DNA of 63,451 nt, filler included, from Octopus bimaculoides (lineage: Eukaryota): the NCBI RefSeq assembly GCF_001194135.2. It is 3 parts of 3 records of this genome, joined end to end, with 100 filler letters (N's around TTAATTAATTAA, not from the genome) between each part and the next. Parts side by side here need not be neighbours in the genome. Positions count along the whole stretch, not along the records: positions 48,871 to 63,451 come from NC_068989.1; 2 more parts are not named here. One strand, written 5' to 3'. Below the pieces are notes generated by a model, which saw only the letters and a program-made list of their open reading frames with translations, made no database searches and had not been told where the DNA came from. The first letter of the stretch is position 1; every line of letters starts with the position of its first letter. Below, piece after piece: positions 52,165 to 63,451 of the stretch. A program made the position numbers and the translations under genes.

Positions 52165-52670
52165 TTGACATCGCTGCCCTAAACTGTGTCTCATTTCGAG
52201 CCATTGGTTCGTCTGGTATCATGGAGAGGAAAGCGTCGAGTTTTGTCTTGAAGACCTCCACATCCGTGTCTTGCAGGTCTCTCAAATGTTTTGGCAGGGC
52301 ATTGNNNNNNNNNNTGTCTCATTTCGAGCCATTGGTTCGTCTGGTATCATGGAGAGGAAAGCGTCGAGTTTTGTCTTGAAGACCTCCACATCCGTGTCTT
52401 GCAGGTCTCTCAAATGTTTTGGCAGGGCATTGAAGAGCTGAGGTCCTCTGAAACCGAGGCTGCTGCAGTATCTTGTTCTTATGTGAGATGCAGTGGACGG
52501 CACCTTTGGTACCATGCAGTGGCGACCCGTGCGGGCATTCCTGTAGTACTTGATGCCAAAGTTTGGCACCAGTCCTTCCAGTATTTTCCATATGTATATT
52601 ATTACATATCTCTCCCGCCTGCGTTCCAGGGAGTAGAGACCTAGTGCCCGCATTCGCTCCCTGTAACGTG
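52165..52670 (-). mobile_element. CR1-clade LINE 3' end, 5'-truncated, frame intact
   Basis: RYRERMRALGLYSLERRRERYVIIYIWKILEGLVPN...RGPQLFNALPKHLRDL...FKTKLDAFLSMIPDEP. Bases 52187-52304 are repeated exactly at 52315-52432 across a 10-N gap. Confidence 0.9.
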
Positions 52671-53087
52671 CACCAACCCATACATAAATACAAATATACA
52701 TACACGTGCGCGGGCTCAGACACACACGCACGCGCATGCACACACACGCGCATGCACACACACGCGCATGCACACACACATATACAGGCAAATCATATAT
52801 GGTTACGTTAATATAATATAATATANNNNNNNNNNNNNNNNNNNNNNNNNNNNNNNNNNNNNNNNNNNNNNNNNNNNNNNNNNNNNNNNNNNNNNNNNNN
52901 NNNNNNNNNNNNNNNNNNNNNNNNNNNNNNNNNNNNNNNNNNNNNNNNNNNNNNNNNNNNNNNNNNNNNNNNNNNNNNNNNNNNNNNNNNNNNNNNNNNN
53001 NNNNNNNNNNNNTATATATATGTATATACATACGTGCATGTATATATATTCATACACGCATATTCCTTTTCTCCCTCTCTCTTCCAC

Positions 53088-53136
<49 letters not shown>

Positions 53137-54506
53137 CACACTCATACGCGGGCGCGCACACAGTCTCGTACATTAATACCATTATTTTCCTGCCGCAGTC
53201 TGCGAATCATGTCTTTAAGCAACACTAAACTTGTTTCCCTCATTTAACTAGAAATGGGATGTAGAATTTTTATAGTCAATTGGCACGTATTCCTCAAAAG
53301 ATCTGATACTGGAGTAACCCAAAGAAATTAGTACGCAGTATCAGCTAATTACATCTGTGCTTACACTTGGGTAAAGATCTCTGGGTATCTTTTCCCAAAG
53401 ACGACCAAATACTCCATCCGTTGTTGGGGAATAACGCAATTGGCACGTATATTTCTCTATAAATACGGCCATTTTTGTAGGTTTGTATGCATGAATGCAT
53501 GCAGGTACGTGTGTATGTACTGGTGTATGTATGTATGTATGTATGTATGTATGTATGTATGTGTGTAGGTTTGTATGTATGCATGCATGCATATAGTGAT
53601 GTATGTGTGTGTTTGTACGTATGTATGTATGTGTTTGTCAATCTATCTATCTCTCTGTCTATCTATATCTGTTTGTTTCTCTCAAATATANNNNNNNNNN
53701 NNNNNNNNNNNNNNNNNNNNNNNNNNNNNNNNNNNNNNNNNNNNNNNNNNNNNNNNNNNNNNNNNNNNNNNNNNNNNNNNNNNNNNNNNNNNNNNNNNNN
53801 NNNNNNNNNNNNNNNNNNNNNNNNNNNNNNNNNNNNNNNNNNNNNNNNNNNNNNNNNNNNNNNNNNNNNNNNNNNNNNNNNNNNNNNNNNNNNNNNNNNN
53901 NNNNNNNNNNNNNNNNNNNNNNNNNNNNNNNNNNNNNNNNNNNNNNNNNNNNNNNNNNNNNNNNNNNNNNNNNNNNNNNNNNNNNNNNNNNNNNNNNNNN
54001 NNNNNNNNNNNNNNNNNNNNNNNNNNNNNNNNNNNNNNNNNNNNNNNNNNNNNNNNNNNNNNNNNNNNNNNNNNNNNNNNNNNNNNNNNNNNNNNNNNNN
54101 NNNNNNNNNNNNNNNNNNNNNNNNNNNNNNNNNNNNNNNNNNNNNNNNNNNNNNNNNNNNNNNNNNNNNNNNNNNNNNNNNNNNNNNNNNNNNNNNNNNN
54201 NNNNNNNNNNNNNNNNNNNNNNNNNNNNNNNNNNNNNNNNNNNNNNNNNNNNNNNNNNNNNNNNNNNNNNNNNNNNNNNNNNNNNNNNNNNNNNNNNNNN
54301 NNNNNNNNNNNNNNNNNNNNNNNNNNNNNNNNNNNNNNNNNNNNNNNNNNNNNNNNNNNNNNNNNNNNNNNNNNNNNNNNNNNNNNNNNNNNNNNNNNNN
54401 NNNNNNNNNNNNNNNNNNNNNNNNNNNNNNNNNNNNNNNNNNNNNNNNNNNNNNNNNNNNNNNNNNNNNNNNNNNNNNNNNNNNNNNNNNNNNNNNNNNN
54501 NNNNNN

Positions 54507-54566
<60 letters not shown>

Positions 54567-54654
54567 AGTGATAGAAAAAGAGCGAAAGAGAATCGAGAGA
54601 GAGGGAGAGAGGGAGAGAGAGATTGAACAGTTTAGATAAAATGTCGGAAAACCT

Positions 54655-56150
54655 AGTTAAACGAAAGTTTTGTTATTTAATACGGAATTGATTAAACCTT
54701 TTCATTAATCGTAGATTTAATTTGTCGAGGAATCGAGTTGTACAAGGCCCTGAGCAGTTCCTGGGAAACTTTTAAGCCATTCTTTAAATATTACCGTCTT
54801 TAGTTCTAACTGCGAAGACGGAGATGAGCAGCGAAGTTTCTCTTGCTGCTCCAATATGCACCTTAACCGTTTGATCATATTGAGATCCTTCGTATGTGGG
54901 TGTAATTACAAGAGCTCTAAACCGCCTTTAATGAAGTCGTACGAATTTTGAAACACATTAGCCGTGTGAATCGCGGCCTTATCGTCTTGGAAGATTGCGC
55001 TAACATCAGACGATCAGTGAAGAATGTATGTACATTTGTTTGTACCAATGGATGATACTAATTAACCAAAATACTCTGATAGTCATTGGCGATAACATTG
55101 GCCTTTTAGAACAACTAAACGGCAGACACAATTTCCTGATATCGCTCCCCAAATGTTCACAAACCCGCCTCCATGATTCACTGTAGGTGCCAAAGAGTGA
55201 GGGCTGTAGGCGTTGCAGGGTTGTTTCCAGACATCAATCCGTCTTGACGTAAAAGGAAAGAAATCTGTGAGTGCGTATTCTTATATGACGTTAACTTCTA
55301 TGGATCCATTGAACACTTCTGATAGTCTAGACACTTTTTTTTTTAGCTTTTTAGTTCTGAGTGGAGGAACAGAAGTGATTACAACTTGCGACCCTCCTAC
55401 GGTATCCATCTTCACTGAGCGCACGACGAACGATTTTGGTTGATACAGGGTTGGTAAGAGAGTGCTACGATTCGACCGCTATAGACCATCCAAGTTGGCC
55501 TCCGCAGGTGTGTGCGGAGATCATATATGACAATGAAGGAAATGAAATTGAAAAGATTTGTGACAAGAAGGTCTTCGTCCCCATGAAGCCGAGTCAGCCA
55601 TTGCGGGCTTTCCTGCAGGCAGTAGGAATCTTGCTTGAGGGCCCGTATGTGGAGGACTATAGAATTTGATTTGATTTGATTTTGTTGTTGTAATGATGAT
55701 TTTTATTGAACAAGGTTTTTGTGGGGTTGTCGGTCGGCGGGCGCCGGTGCCTCTCCCATTTTTTACTCATCTTTTTGTATTCATTTCATTCATTAATGTC
55801 CGTGTCCAACCCGCAGCTTCTTTATGTCTGTTTGTCTCTGTTTGTTCCCTCTATGTAATGCCTTTATGGCAAAATTTATGAAACAAAGAGAGTGGTTTAG
55901 CTCTGCTGTCACTCATTCTGGTATAACTAAATGGGTTTTAGACACAGTATGTTTGTCTATCCTGCGGTCCCTTTCTGAACTTTGCTTTCCATCCAGAATT
56001 TTACTAACCAAAAGCTGGCCTTATCTTTTTCTTGGAATGAGAACAGGATTTCTAGAGTCAGTACTTCGCGAAACGTTAAACAACTCGACAGGTGTAGCGA
56101 CTGAAGCACCTACCATTTGCACTTCAACAACTTGTCGTCCTTGGTAACCA
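54655..56150 (-). mobile_element. Decayed Tc1 (DD34E-type) transposon interrupted by an insertion
   Basis: N-terminus GRQVVEVQMVGASV..PVELFNVSRST...SERDRR...VTAELN (55900-56150). Catalytic part VWKQP.NAY.P..LAPTVNHGGGFVNIWGAIS...IFQDDKAAIHTA...KDLNMI...YNSIPRQI (54690-55335). Confidence 0.85.
55345..55875 (+). mobile_element. 5'-truncated non-LTR retroelement 3' end inserted in the Tc1 element
   Basis: GC-rich open frame ending ...KVFVPMKPSQPLRAFLQAVGILLEGPYVEDYRI*, then a T-rich UTR ending TGTTTGTTCCCTCTATGT. Splits the Tc1 reading frame. Clade (possibly Tx1-like) is uncertain. Confidence 0.5.
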
Positions 56151-56404
56151 TGTAGGTCGTGTATTTTATCTTATTTAAATATAGATACTTGCAGAAAAGA
56201 AAAACAGAGGGCCATATCATGAAGCGCAAGGCATACATAATGCATATGAACGCATATTATGAGTCTACAACTGTTATTAATTTGTAATATTGCCAACTGA
56301 AAAACTACTTAAATATAAAATTGGTGTTTTCATTACTTTGTCCAACACCTATACGTGTACGTACACACGCGCGCAGAGACACAAACGCACACACATGTAC
56401 ATAC

Positions 56405-56462
<58 letters not shown>

Positions 56463-56741
56463 NNNNNNNNNNNNNNNNNNNNNNNNNNNNNNNNNNNNNN
56501 NNNNNNNNNNNNNNNNNNNNNNNNNNNNNNNNNNNNNNNNNNNNNNNNNNNNNNNNNNNNNNNNNNNNNNNNNNNNNNNNNNNNNNNNNNNNNNNNNNNN
56601 NNNNNNNNNNNNNNNNNNNNNNNNNNNNNNNNNNNNNNNNNNATATATATTTATATATGTGTGTTTTTGTTGATATGTGCCCATGTGTTTGTAGATTCGT
56701 ATAATTCCAAACTTTGATTTTCGAAGATACATAAACACTCG

Positions 56742-56790
<49 letters not shown>

Positions 56791-56791
56791 C

Positions 56792-56853
<62 letters not shown>
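56742..56853. repeat. (GTA)n microsatellite
   Basis: Directly visible, with one GGC interruption. Confidence 0.95.
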
Positions 56854-56854
<1 letters not shown>

Positions 56855-57053
56855 TTACTGAATCATTAATAATTCAAATTTTCTTTTTCTTAGACGCTAA
56901 ACGCCCAAGCAATAGGAACTTAATTTAACTGCTACTAATTTCTAGCAGTTGATCAGCATGTGTCTATTTGTGTGTGTGTGTGTGTGGGGGGGGTCTGTAT
57001 GTGTGTAGGTCTGTATGTATTTGTGTGTGTGTTTGCGTGTGTGTGTTTGTGTT

Positions 57054-57086
<33 letters not shown>

Positions 57087-57171
57087 TTGTGTGTGTTTCT
57101 TTGTGTGTTTTCACAAAGTCAATTGGTGGGTTTCTAATGAAATAGCTACAAATCGTAAACTGAAAGGAAGA

Positions 57172-57172
57172 T

Positions 57173-57204
<32 letters not shown>

Positions 57205-58240
57205 TTTATGTATGAATGTATGTATGTATGTATATGTGTGTATGTATGATTGTATGTATGTATGTATGTATGTATGTGTGTGTATGTATGTATGTATGTA
57301 TGAATGTATGTATGTATGTATGTATGTATGTATGTATGTATGTATGTATGAATGTATGTATGTATGAATGTATGTATGTATGTATGTATGTATGTATGTA
57401 TGCATGTATGTATGTATGTATGAATGTATGTATGTATGTATATGTGTATATGTATGATGGTATGTATGTATGTATGTATGAATGTATGTATGTATGTATG
57501 TATGTATGTATGTATGTATGTATGTANNNNNNNNNNNNNNNNNNNNNNNNNNNNNNNNNNNNNNNNNNNNNNNNNNNNNNNNNNNNNNNNNNNNNNNNNN
57601 NNNNNNNNNNNNNNNNNNNNNNNNNNNNNNNNNNNNNNNNNNNNNNNNNNNNNNNNNNNNNNNNNNNNNNNNNNNNNNNNNNNNNNNNNNNNNNNNNNNN
57701 NNNNNNNNNNNNNNNNNNNNNNNNNNNNNNNNNNNNNNNNNNNNNNNNNNNNNNNNNNNNNNNNNNNNNNNNNNNNNNNNNNNNNNNNNNNNNNNNNNNN
57801 NNNNNNNNNNNNNNNNNNNNNNNNNNNNNNNNNNNNNNNNNNNNNNNNNNNNNNNNNNNNNNNNNNNNNNNNNNNNNNAATGTATGTATGTATGTATTTA
57901 TGAATGTATGTATGTATATGTGTGTATGTATGATTGTATGTATGTATGTATGTATGTATGTATGTATGTATGTATGAATGTATGTATGTATATGTGTGTA
58001 TGTATGATTGTATGTATGTATGTATGTACGTACGTATGTATGCGTGAATGTATGTATGCATGAATGTATGTATGAATGTATGTATGTATGAATGTATTTA
58101 TGTATGTATGCATGTATGTATGTATGTATGTATGTATTATGAATTTATGTATGTATGAATGTACATATGTATGATGCCTATATCTATGAATGTATGTATG
58201 TATGTATGTATGTATGTATGTATGTATGTATATATGTATG
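57172..58240. repeat. About 1-kb (TATG)n array with internal gap
   Basis: Directly visible; source of the long HTYI/MYVC ORFs. Confidence 0.95.
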
Positions 58241-58654
58241 TATATGCAGATTTCTAAGTTCTGCGTATGTATTCTCATGCATACAGCTACATATCTAGAC
58301 ATGCTCATTTATATTTAAATTATAAACTTCTGTAAAGTGTTACATATTTTTACAGTTCCAATGATGGATTGGATCTGTAGCCTTCGAATGAGCTTTTTTG
58401 AAATTTTTCCCCACACATCCTGTAATCATTTCAACCACTCCCTTCCTCCCACATTTTCCCTCCTGTTCAGGAATGTGACATACATTTTCAGACAAAGGAC
58501 AATAAACAAAAAAATAGACAAAGGACAATAAACAAAGAACAATAGACAAAGGACACTTAACTAAAAATAATAATAACTTTCAAGTGATGGACGCATAAAT
58601 ATTGGGTTTTTTTATTCGGCCAAAATAAAAAATGATATCGAAATATAGCAACAC

Positions 58655-58810
58655 ATGTAGGAGGTATTGGTGAAAAGTTTCTGGCATTAAGGGTATCGAA
58701 AAATACCTGGCTGGAAATCTGATGGACCGATGACCAATCTAATAATTGTATGAATCTGAGAGGCGAATATGTGGAATAAAATCCTAATTAACTGACTCTA
58801 ATATATTTTC
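58655..58810. mobile_element. Mariner-derived MITE fragment
   Basis: GAGG..TTGGTGAAAAGTTTCTGGC TIR-like start and GTATGAATCTGAGAGGCGAATATGTGGAATAA (mariner C-terminus-like, NLRGEYVE*). Confidence 0.6.
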
Positions 58811-59136
58811 TTTATATATATATATATATATATNNNNNNNNNNNNNNNNNNNNNNNNNNNNNNNNNNNNNNNNNNNNNNNNNNNNNNNNNNNNNNNNNNN
58901 NNNNNNNNNNNNNNNNNNNNNNNNNNNNNNNNNNNNNNNNNNNNNNNNNNNNNNNNNNNNNNNNNNNNNNNNNNNNNNNNNNNNNNNNNNNNNNNNNNNN
59001 NNNNNNNNNNNNNNNNNNNNNNNNNNNNNNNNNNNNNNNNNNNNNNNNNNNNNNNNNNNNNNNNNNNNNNNNNNNNNNNNNNNNNNNNNNNNNNNNNNNN
59101 NNNNNNNNNNNNNNNNNNNNNNNNNNATATATATAC

Positions 59137-59170
<34 letters not shown>

Positions 59171-59984
59171 GACATGTATATGAGTGTGTGTGGGAGATAG
59201 AGGTGGATAGAGAGAAAGAGAGAGACAGAGTGTGTGATTGAAACAAAAACATTAAGGGTGAAACAGATAAAAATTATATAGACGTCGATATATACATAGA
59301 AACTTTCGTGATTTTCGTCCAATAAGTTGGGTAGGTTGCTAGATAGAGAGACATATATGGACTATCTGTGATTGATGTAACGGCGGCTGAAAAGGTGAAT
59401 TTTTTCGAGACAGCTAGAAGTCTGGGAAGGTATCTTGTAAACAGTTCCTATTTTCTTTGTGTGATATATTTAAGATTCATTCTTCCGTTTTTTTTTTGCT
59501 GGTTCCTTGTTTCTTTCTTTTCTTTCTTTCTTTCATTTTCTTGTCTTGTACATTCTAAATTTCATTGTACCACCTGCCTGTTGCTAATTGATATCAAATA
59601 AAAATCTCGCATAGACAAAGTAAGTTTTCGCACTTTACTGAGATGCACGTCTGTCCTATATAAGGCTACAGGCTATTTCAGCTAGTGAACTACATTTCTG
59701 TATAGGAAAACAATTTTCCTCAATATATTCCTAAAAGAGTAATTGCTTCTCTACGATGTATAAAATAAATAAGTTTACTTGTTTGCTCCTGGTCACTACA
59801 TATGAAAATACATAGATAAATCCGTATGTATAGCTCTTTTTAGCCCAACAGCAGCTGATGATGTGAGAAGTAAATATAAGAACGATTTATTCCGCAAGAT
59901 ATATTACCGCAAATGTTCCTCACCTTCTCCTGAGATATATATATTTTTTCTATAGAATCCGCCCCAAAATGTAAAAGATATACT

Positions 59985-60165
59985 CTTTTACTCTTTTATT
60001 TGTTTCAGGCATTTGACTGTGGCCATGTTGGAGCACCACCTTTTAGTCGAGAAAATCGACCCCAGGACTTAGTCTTTGTAAGCCTAGTACTTATTCTATC
60101 GGTCTCTTTTGCCGAACCGAAGTTACGGGGAGGTAAACACACCAGCATCGGTTGTCAAGTGATGC
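59985..60165 (-). mobile_element. SINE family B 3' half (cut by gap)
   Basis: CTTTTATTTGTTTCAGGCATTTGACTGTGGCCATG...CTCTTTTGCCGAACCG. Confidence 0.85.
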
Positions 60166-60714
60166 NNNNNNNNNNNNNNNNNNNNNNNNNNNNNNNNNNN
60201 NNNNNNNNNNNNNNNNNNNNNNNNNNNNNNNNNNNNNNNNNNNNNNNNNNNNNNNNNNNNNNNNNNNNNNNNNNNNNNNNNNNNNNNNNNNNNNNNNNNN
60301 NNNNNNNNNNNNNNNNNNNNNNNNNNNNNNNNNNNNNNNNNNNNNNNNNNNNNNNNNNNNNNNNNNNNNNNNNNNNNNNNNNNNNNNNNNNNNNNNNNNN
60401 NNNNNNNNNNNNNNNNNNNNNNNNNNNNNNNNNNNNNNNNNNNNNNNNNNNNNNNNNNNNNNNNNNNNNNNNNNNNNNNNNNNNNNNNNNNNNNNNNNNN
60501 NNNNNNNNNNNNNNNNNNNNNNNNNNNNNNNNNNNNNNNNNNNNNNNNNNNNNNNNNNNNNNNNNNNNNNNNNNNNNNNNNNNNNNNNNNNNNNNNNNNN
60601 NNNNNNNNNNNNNNNNNNNNNNNNNNNNNNNNNNNNNNNNNNNNNNNNNNNNNNNNNNNNNNNNNNNNNNNNNNNNNNNNNNNNNNNNNNNNNNNNNATA
60701 TATATGTATATACG

Positions 60715-60744
<30 letters not shown>

Positions 60745-60746
<2 letters not shown>

Positions 60747-60965
60747 CTTTTATTCTTTTACTTGAAACAATTATTTGTCTGCGGTATTGCTGAAGCACCA
60801 CCATACGTTGATTTTAGCGGAACAAACCGATCCCAGGGCTTACCTTTTAAGCGTACTGCATATTTCATCGGACTCTTTTTCCAGAACTGCTAGGTTACGA
60901 GGAAGCAAACACACCAACACTGGTTGTCAGGTGGTGATGAGAGACATACACAGATACAAAGACAC
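60745..60965 (-). mobile_element. SINE family B 3' half
   Basis: CTTTTACTTGAAAC...GAAGCACCACC...ACACCAACACTGGTTGTCA. Confidence 0.75.
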
Positions 60966-61079
60966 ATACACATAGATATATATATATACATACATACATA
61001 CATACAAACATACACATATACATATATGTATACACATACACACGCCCACAAACAAACACACACATATATTTTCTTTTAC

Positions 61080-61173
61080 ACTCTAGGTCCAAGGCCCAGA
61101 AATTCGGTGACGGGGTATGCAGCTCCGCTACGCAACTGGTACTTAATTTATCAATTCCGAAAGGATGAAAGGC
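61080..61173 (-). mobile_element. SINE family A fragment (cut by gap)
   Basis: AACTGGTACTTAATTTATCAATTCCGAAAGGATGAAAGGC. Confidence 0.8.
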
Positions 61174-61375
61174 NNNNNNNNNNNNNNNNNNNNNNNNNNN
61201 NNNNNNNNNNNNNNNNNNNNNNNNNNNNNNNNNNNNNNNNNNNNNNNNNNNNNNNNNNNNNNNNNNNNNNNNNNNNNNNNNNNNNNNNNNNNNNNNNNNN
61301 NNNNNNNNNNNNNNNNNNNNNNNNNNNNNNNNNNNNNNNNNNNNNNNNNNNNNNNNNNNNNNNNTATATATATAT

Positions 61376-61421
<46 letters not shown>

Positions 61422-61479
61422 GCATACACAACATAGGTCTGCTCCGCAAACCATTGGTCCGGTGTTCTCACTAAGGGTA

Positions 61480-62660
61480 AATTAGTATCATCAAATTAAA
61501 CCCCCAAACACATCATCTTTAACATTTATTCCCGCAGCCTAGATGCCATTATAGCACTATACTAATATTTATTCGTCAATCAATCTTGACAGTTTCCCTG
61601 CTTGCATCCTGAAATAATTCTGACACTAAATTATGTGTTCTCTCTAATTTCTTGAGGAAATCGCTGGACGCATTCTCTACGCTAAATCGCTTCAGATATC
61701 AATGGGTCATACCCGTCTTCAAAAAACAGAGACAGGCCACTTTCAGATAAATATCAGCCAATATCATCAATCAAATCATCATAGTATTTGAAAGAGTGGT
61801 ACCACCAAGGATAAAGAACTTCTTGGAGAGTAACAATCTCCTGAATCCCAACCTGCGGAAACGTTACTGCGCCGGACAAAATGCTTAGAGTCATTTCGTC
61901 CGTCTTTAAGTTCTGAGTTCTAATTCAGCCAAGACCGACTTTGCAGTTTATTCTTTCTAGATCGATAAAATAATTACCAGTTGAACACTCAGGTCGATAT
62001 TATCGACTTATCCACTTCTCCGAGATTGAGGGCCCGGTGCCAAAACTTAAAACGAATATTCTGATTGTTAAAACTGCCCAACACTGGAGTCCGTGGGAAT
62101 CTACTGCACTAGATCATGATTTTGGTAAGCATATCCCAACGTATTGTAATCAACGGAATCTATAAAAGCCTAGTAAAATTATTATTGGTGTCTCAAAGGG
62201 ACCGAGTAGGGTCCATTAATCTTCGAAACGTATATGTAAATGACCTTACAAATGTCATCAAGCACAGCTGAATAAAAATATTCGCTTATGACTCGATGTT
62301 CCATAAAATTATAAATGAAGAAGGTGACTACATGACTATCCGGTCAGATCTAAATGTTGTAAAACAATGTCCGGAAAATAACAAATTTTGATAATCTACG
62401 GAAAATGTGAATTGCTGTACATTGAAAGAAAAAAAATGATGTGTTATAACGACCCGGTTCACTTTCTGAATCTGAGGCGCTGATAGCAACGAACAATATC
62501 AGAGACGTAAAATATAACTGGTAACAAAAACTCAGTTGGAATCGCTACATCAGTAACAAAATTGGATTGTCAGAACATTCTGGCCCCGGGAGCCGGTTGT
62601 TTCATACTCTCTTCTTCCATCAAACGGTCACAGTCGGAATGGTGTTGTCTTCTGTGACAT
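61480..62660 (+). mobile_element. Decayed CR1-clade LINE RT region split by a SINE
   Basis: DSFPACILK...WVIPVFKK...VFERVV..IKNFLESNNLLNPN, then the SINE, then SQRIVING...YVNDLTNVIKHS*IKIFAYDS (FADD motif)...SDLNVV...WIVRTF. Confidence 0.8.
61850..62057 (+). mobile_element. SINE family A copy (tail type 1) nested in CR1
   Basis: GAAACGTTA..GCGCCGGACAAAATGCTTAG...TTCTGAGTTC...CGACTTATCC...GTGCCAAAACTTAAAAC. Confidence 0.85.
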
Positions 62661-62967
62661 CTTCGTACGGAACAAAACTTTATGCTTTACGTTCTTTTTT
62701 GAAGTTGAATAGTAAAATTACTCGAATATCGCGCTTTGACAATTCCATTTCAACTTATTGTAATAACAGGGAAAAGATATCAATGTTAATTTATTGATGC
62801 ATTTGGGCAATTAAAATGTCTGTATTATCAGACAAATGCAAAAAAAAAAAAAATGTTTAAAGAAATTCAAAACTCTGCAAAAGTCCGGTACAAATTCTTC
62901 ATGGATAAAAACGGTGCTTACTTTTTACTCAACCTGATACACACACACACATATACAAATATTTGCA

Positions 62968-63007
<40 letters not shown>

Positions 63008-63189
63008 TGAGTATCTGCGCAAGTACTTATCTTTGCATCTCCACTATCACCTACTCTCTTACTTCCCCCTCAAATCTCCCTTATCCATCCTTTCCCTCTA
63101 TAACCCCCCAATGGCATCATTAAACGAGACAAGGATATTTCTGCTCAAACCTCAATGATCACTCTCTTTCACCCTGCTTCCTCCCACGT

Positions 63190-63221
63190 CTCCCTCTCTC
63201 TCTCTTTACCTGTCTCTCTCT

Positions 63222-63268
<47 letters not shown>

Positions 63269-63281
63269 CCTATCTATCTAT
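63190..63281. repeat. (TC)n then (TCTA)n microsatellite
   Basis: Directly visible. Confidence 0.9.
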
Positions 63282-63283
63282 GA

Positions 63284-63451
63284 TGCGGGACGAGCGTGTC
63301 GGCATACGCGGACGACGTCACCGTCATAGTGTCTAGCCAAAAGCACATCGAGCTTGTCGGCGAGACACTGAGAGACTACGAAGCGGTAACGGGAGCGAAA
63401 ATCAACCGGGATAAGTCAGTGGGCTTGCGGCTCGGCACCTGGAGAAGCAAC
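63284..63451 (+). mobile_element. Tx1/L1-clade LINE RT fragment, 5'-truncated, runs off the window
   Basis: Stop-free 56 codons CGTSVSAYADDVTVIVSSQKHIELVGETLRDYEAVTGAKINRDKSVGLRLGTWRSN with YADD and GAKIN..KS motifs; GC- and CpG-rich. Confidence 0.9.

Overview
AT-rich eukaryotic (animal) genomic DNA from a short-read draft assembly, with 22 N gaps covering roughly 9% of the window. The SINE families and dense (TA)n/(CA)n/(TATG)n/(AAT)n microsatellites match what I recognise from octopod cephalopod genomes such as Octopus bimaculoides; the species is an inference. No host protein-coding gene, rRNA or intact tRNA can be supported, and most listed ORFs are microsatellite or N read-through. The window is an intronic or intergenic transposon graveyard. 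It holds RTE, CR1, Tx1/L1 and Penelope-like retroelement remnants, Tc1/mariner/maT remnants and MITEs, and about 30 copies or fragments of four SINE families. The most notable signals are minimal hammerhead-ribozyme folds on the minus strand (39924-39971 with an essentially intact core, and 29001-29091 just downstream of a Penelope ORF remnant), a perfect 26-bp hairpin inside a cluster of inverted repeats (37.9-38.6 kb), and SINE 3' tails shared with LINE remnants. Two assembly signatures are also visible: 44N-TTAATTAATTAA-44N spacers and exact duplications across 10-N gaps. All family names come from motif recognition in manual translations, not database searches, and coordinates of decayed elements are approximate.
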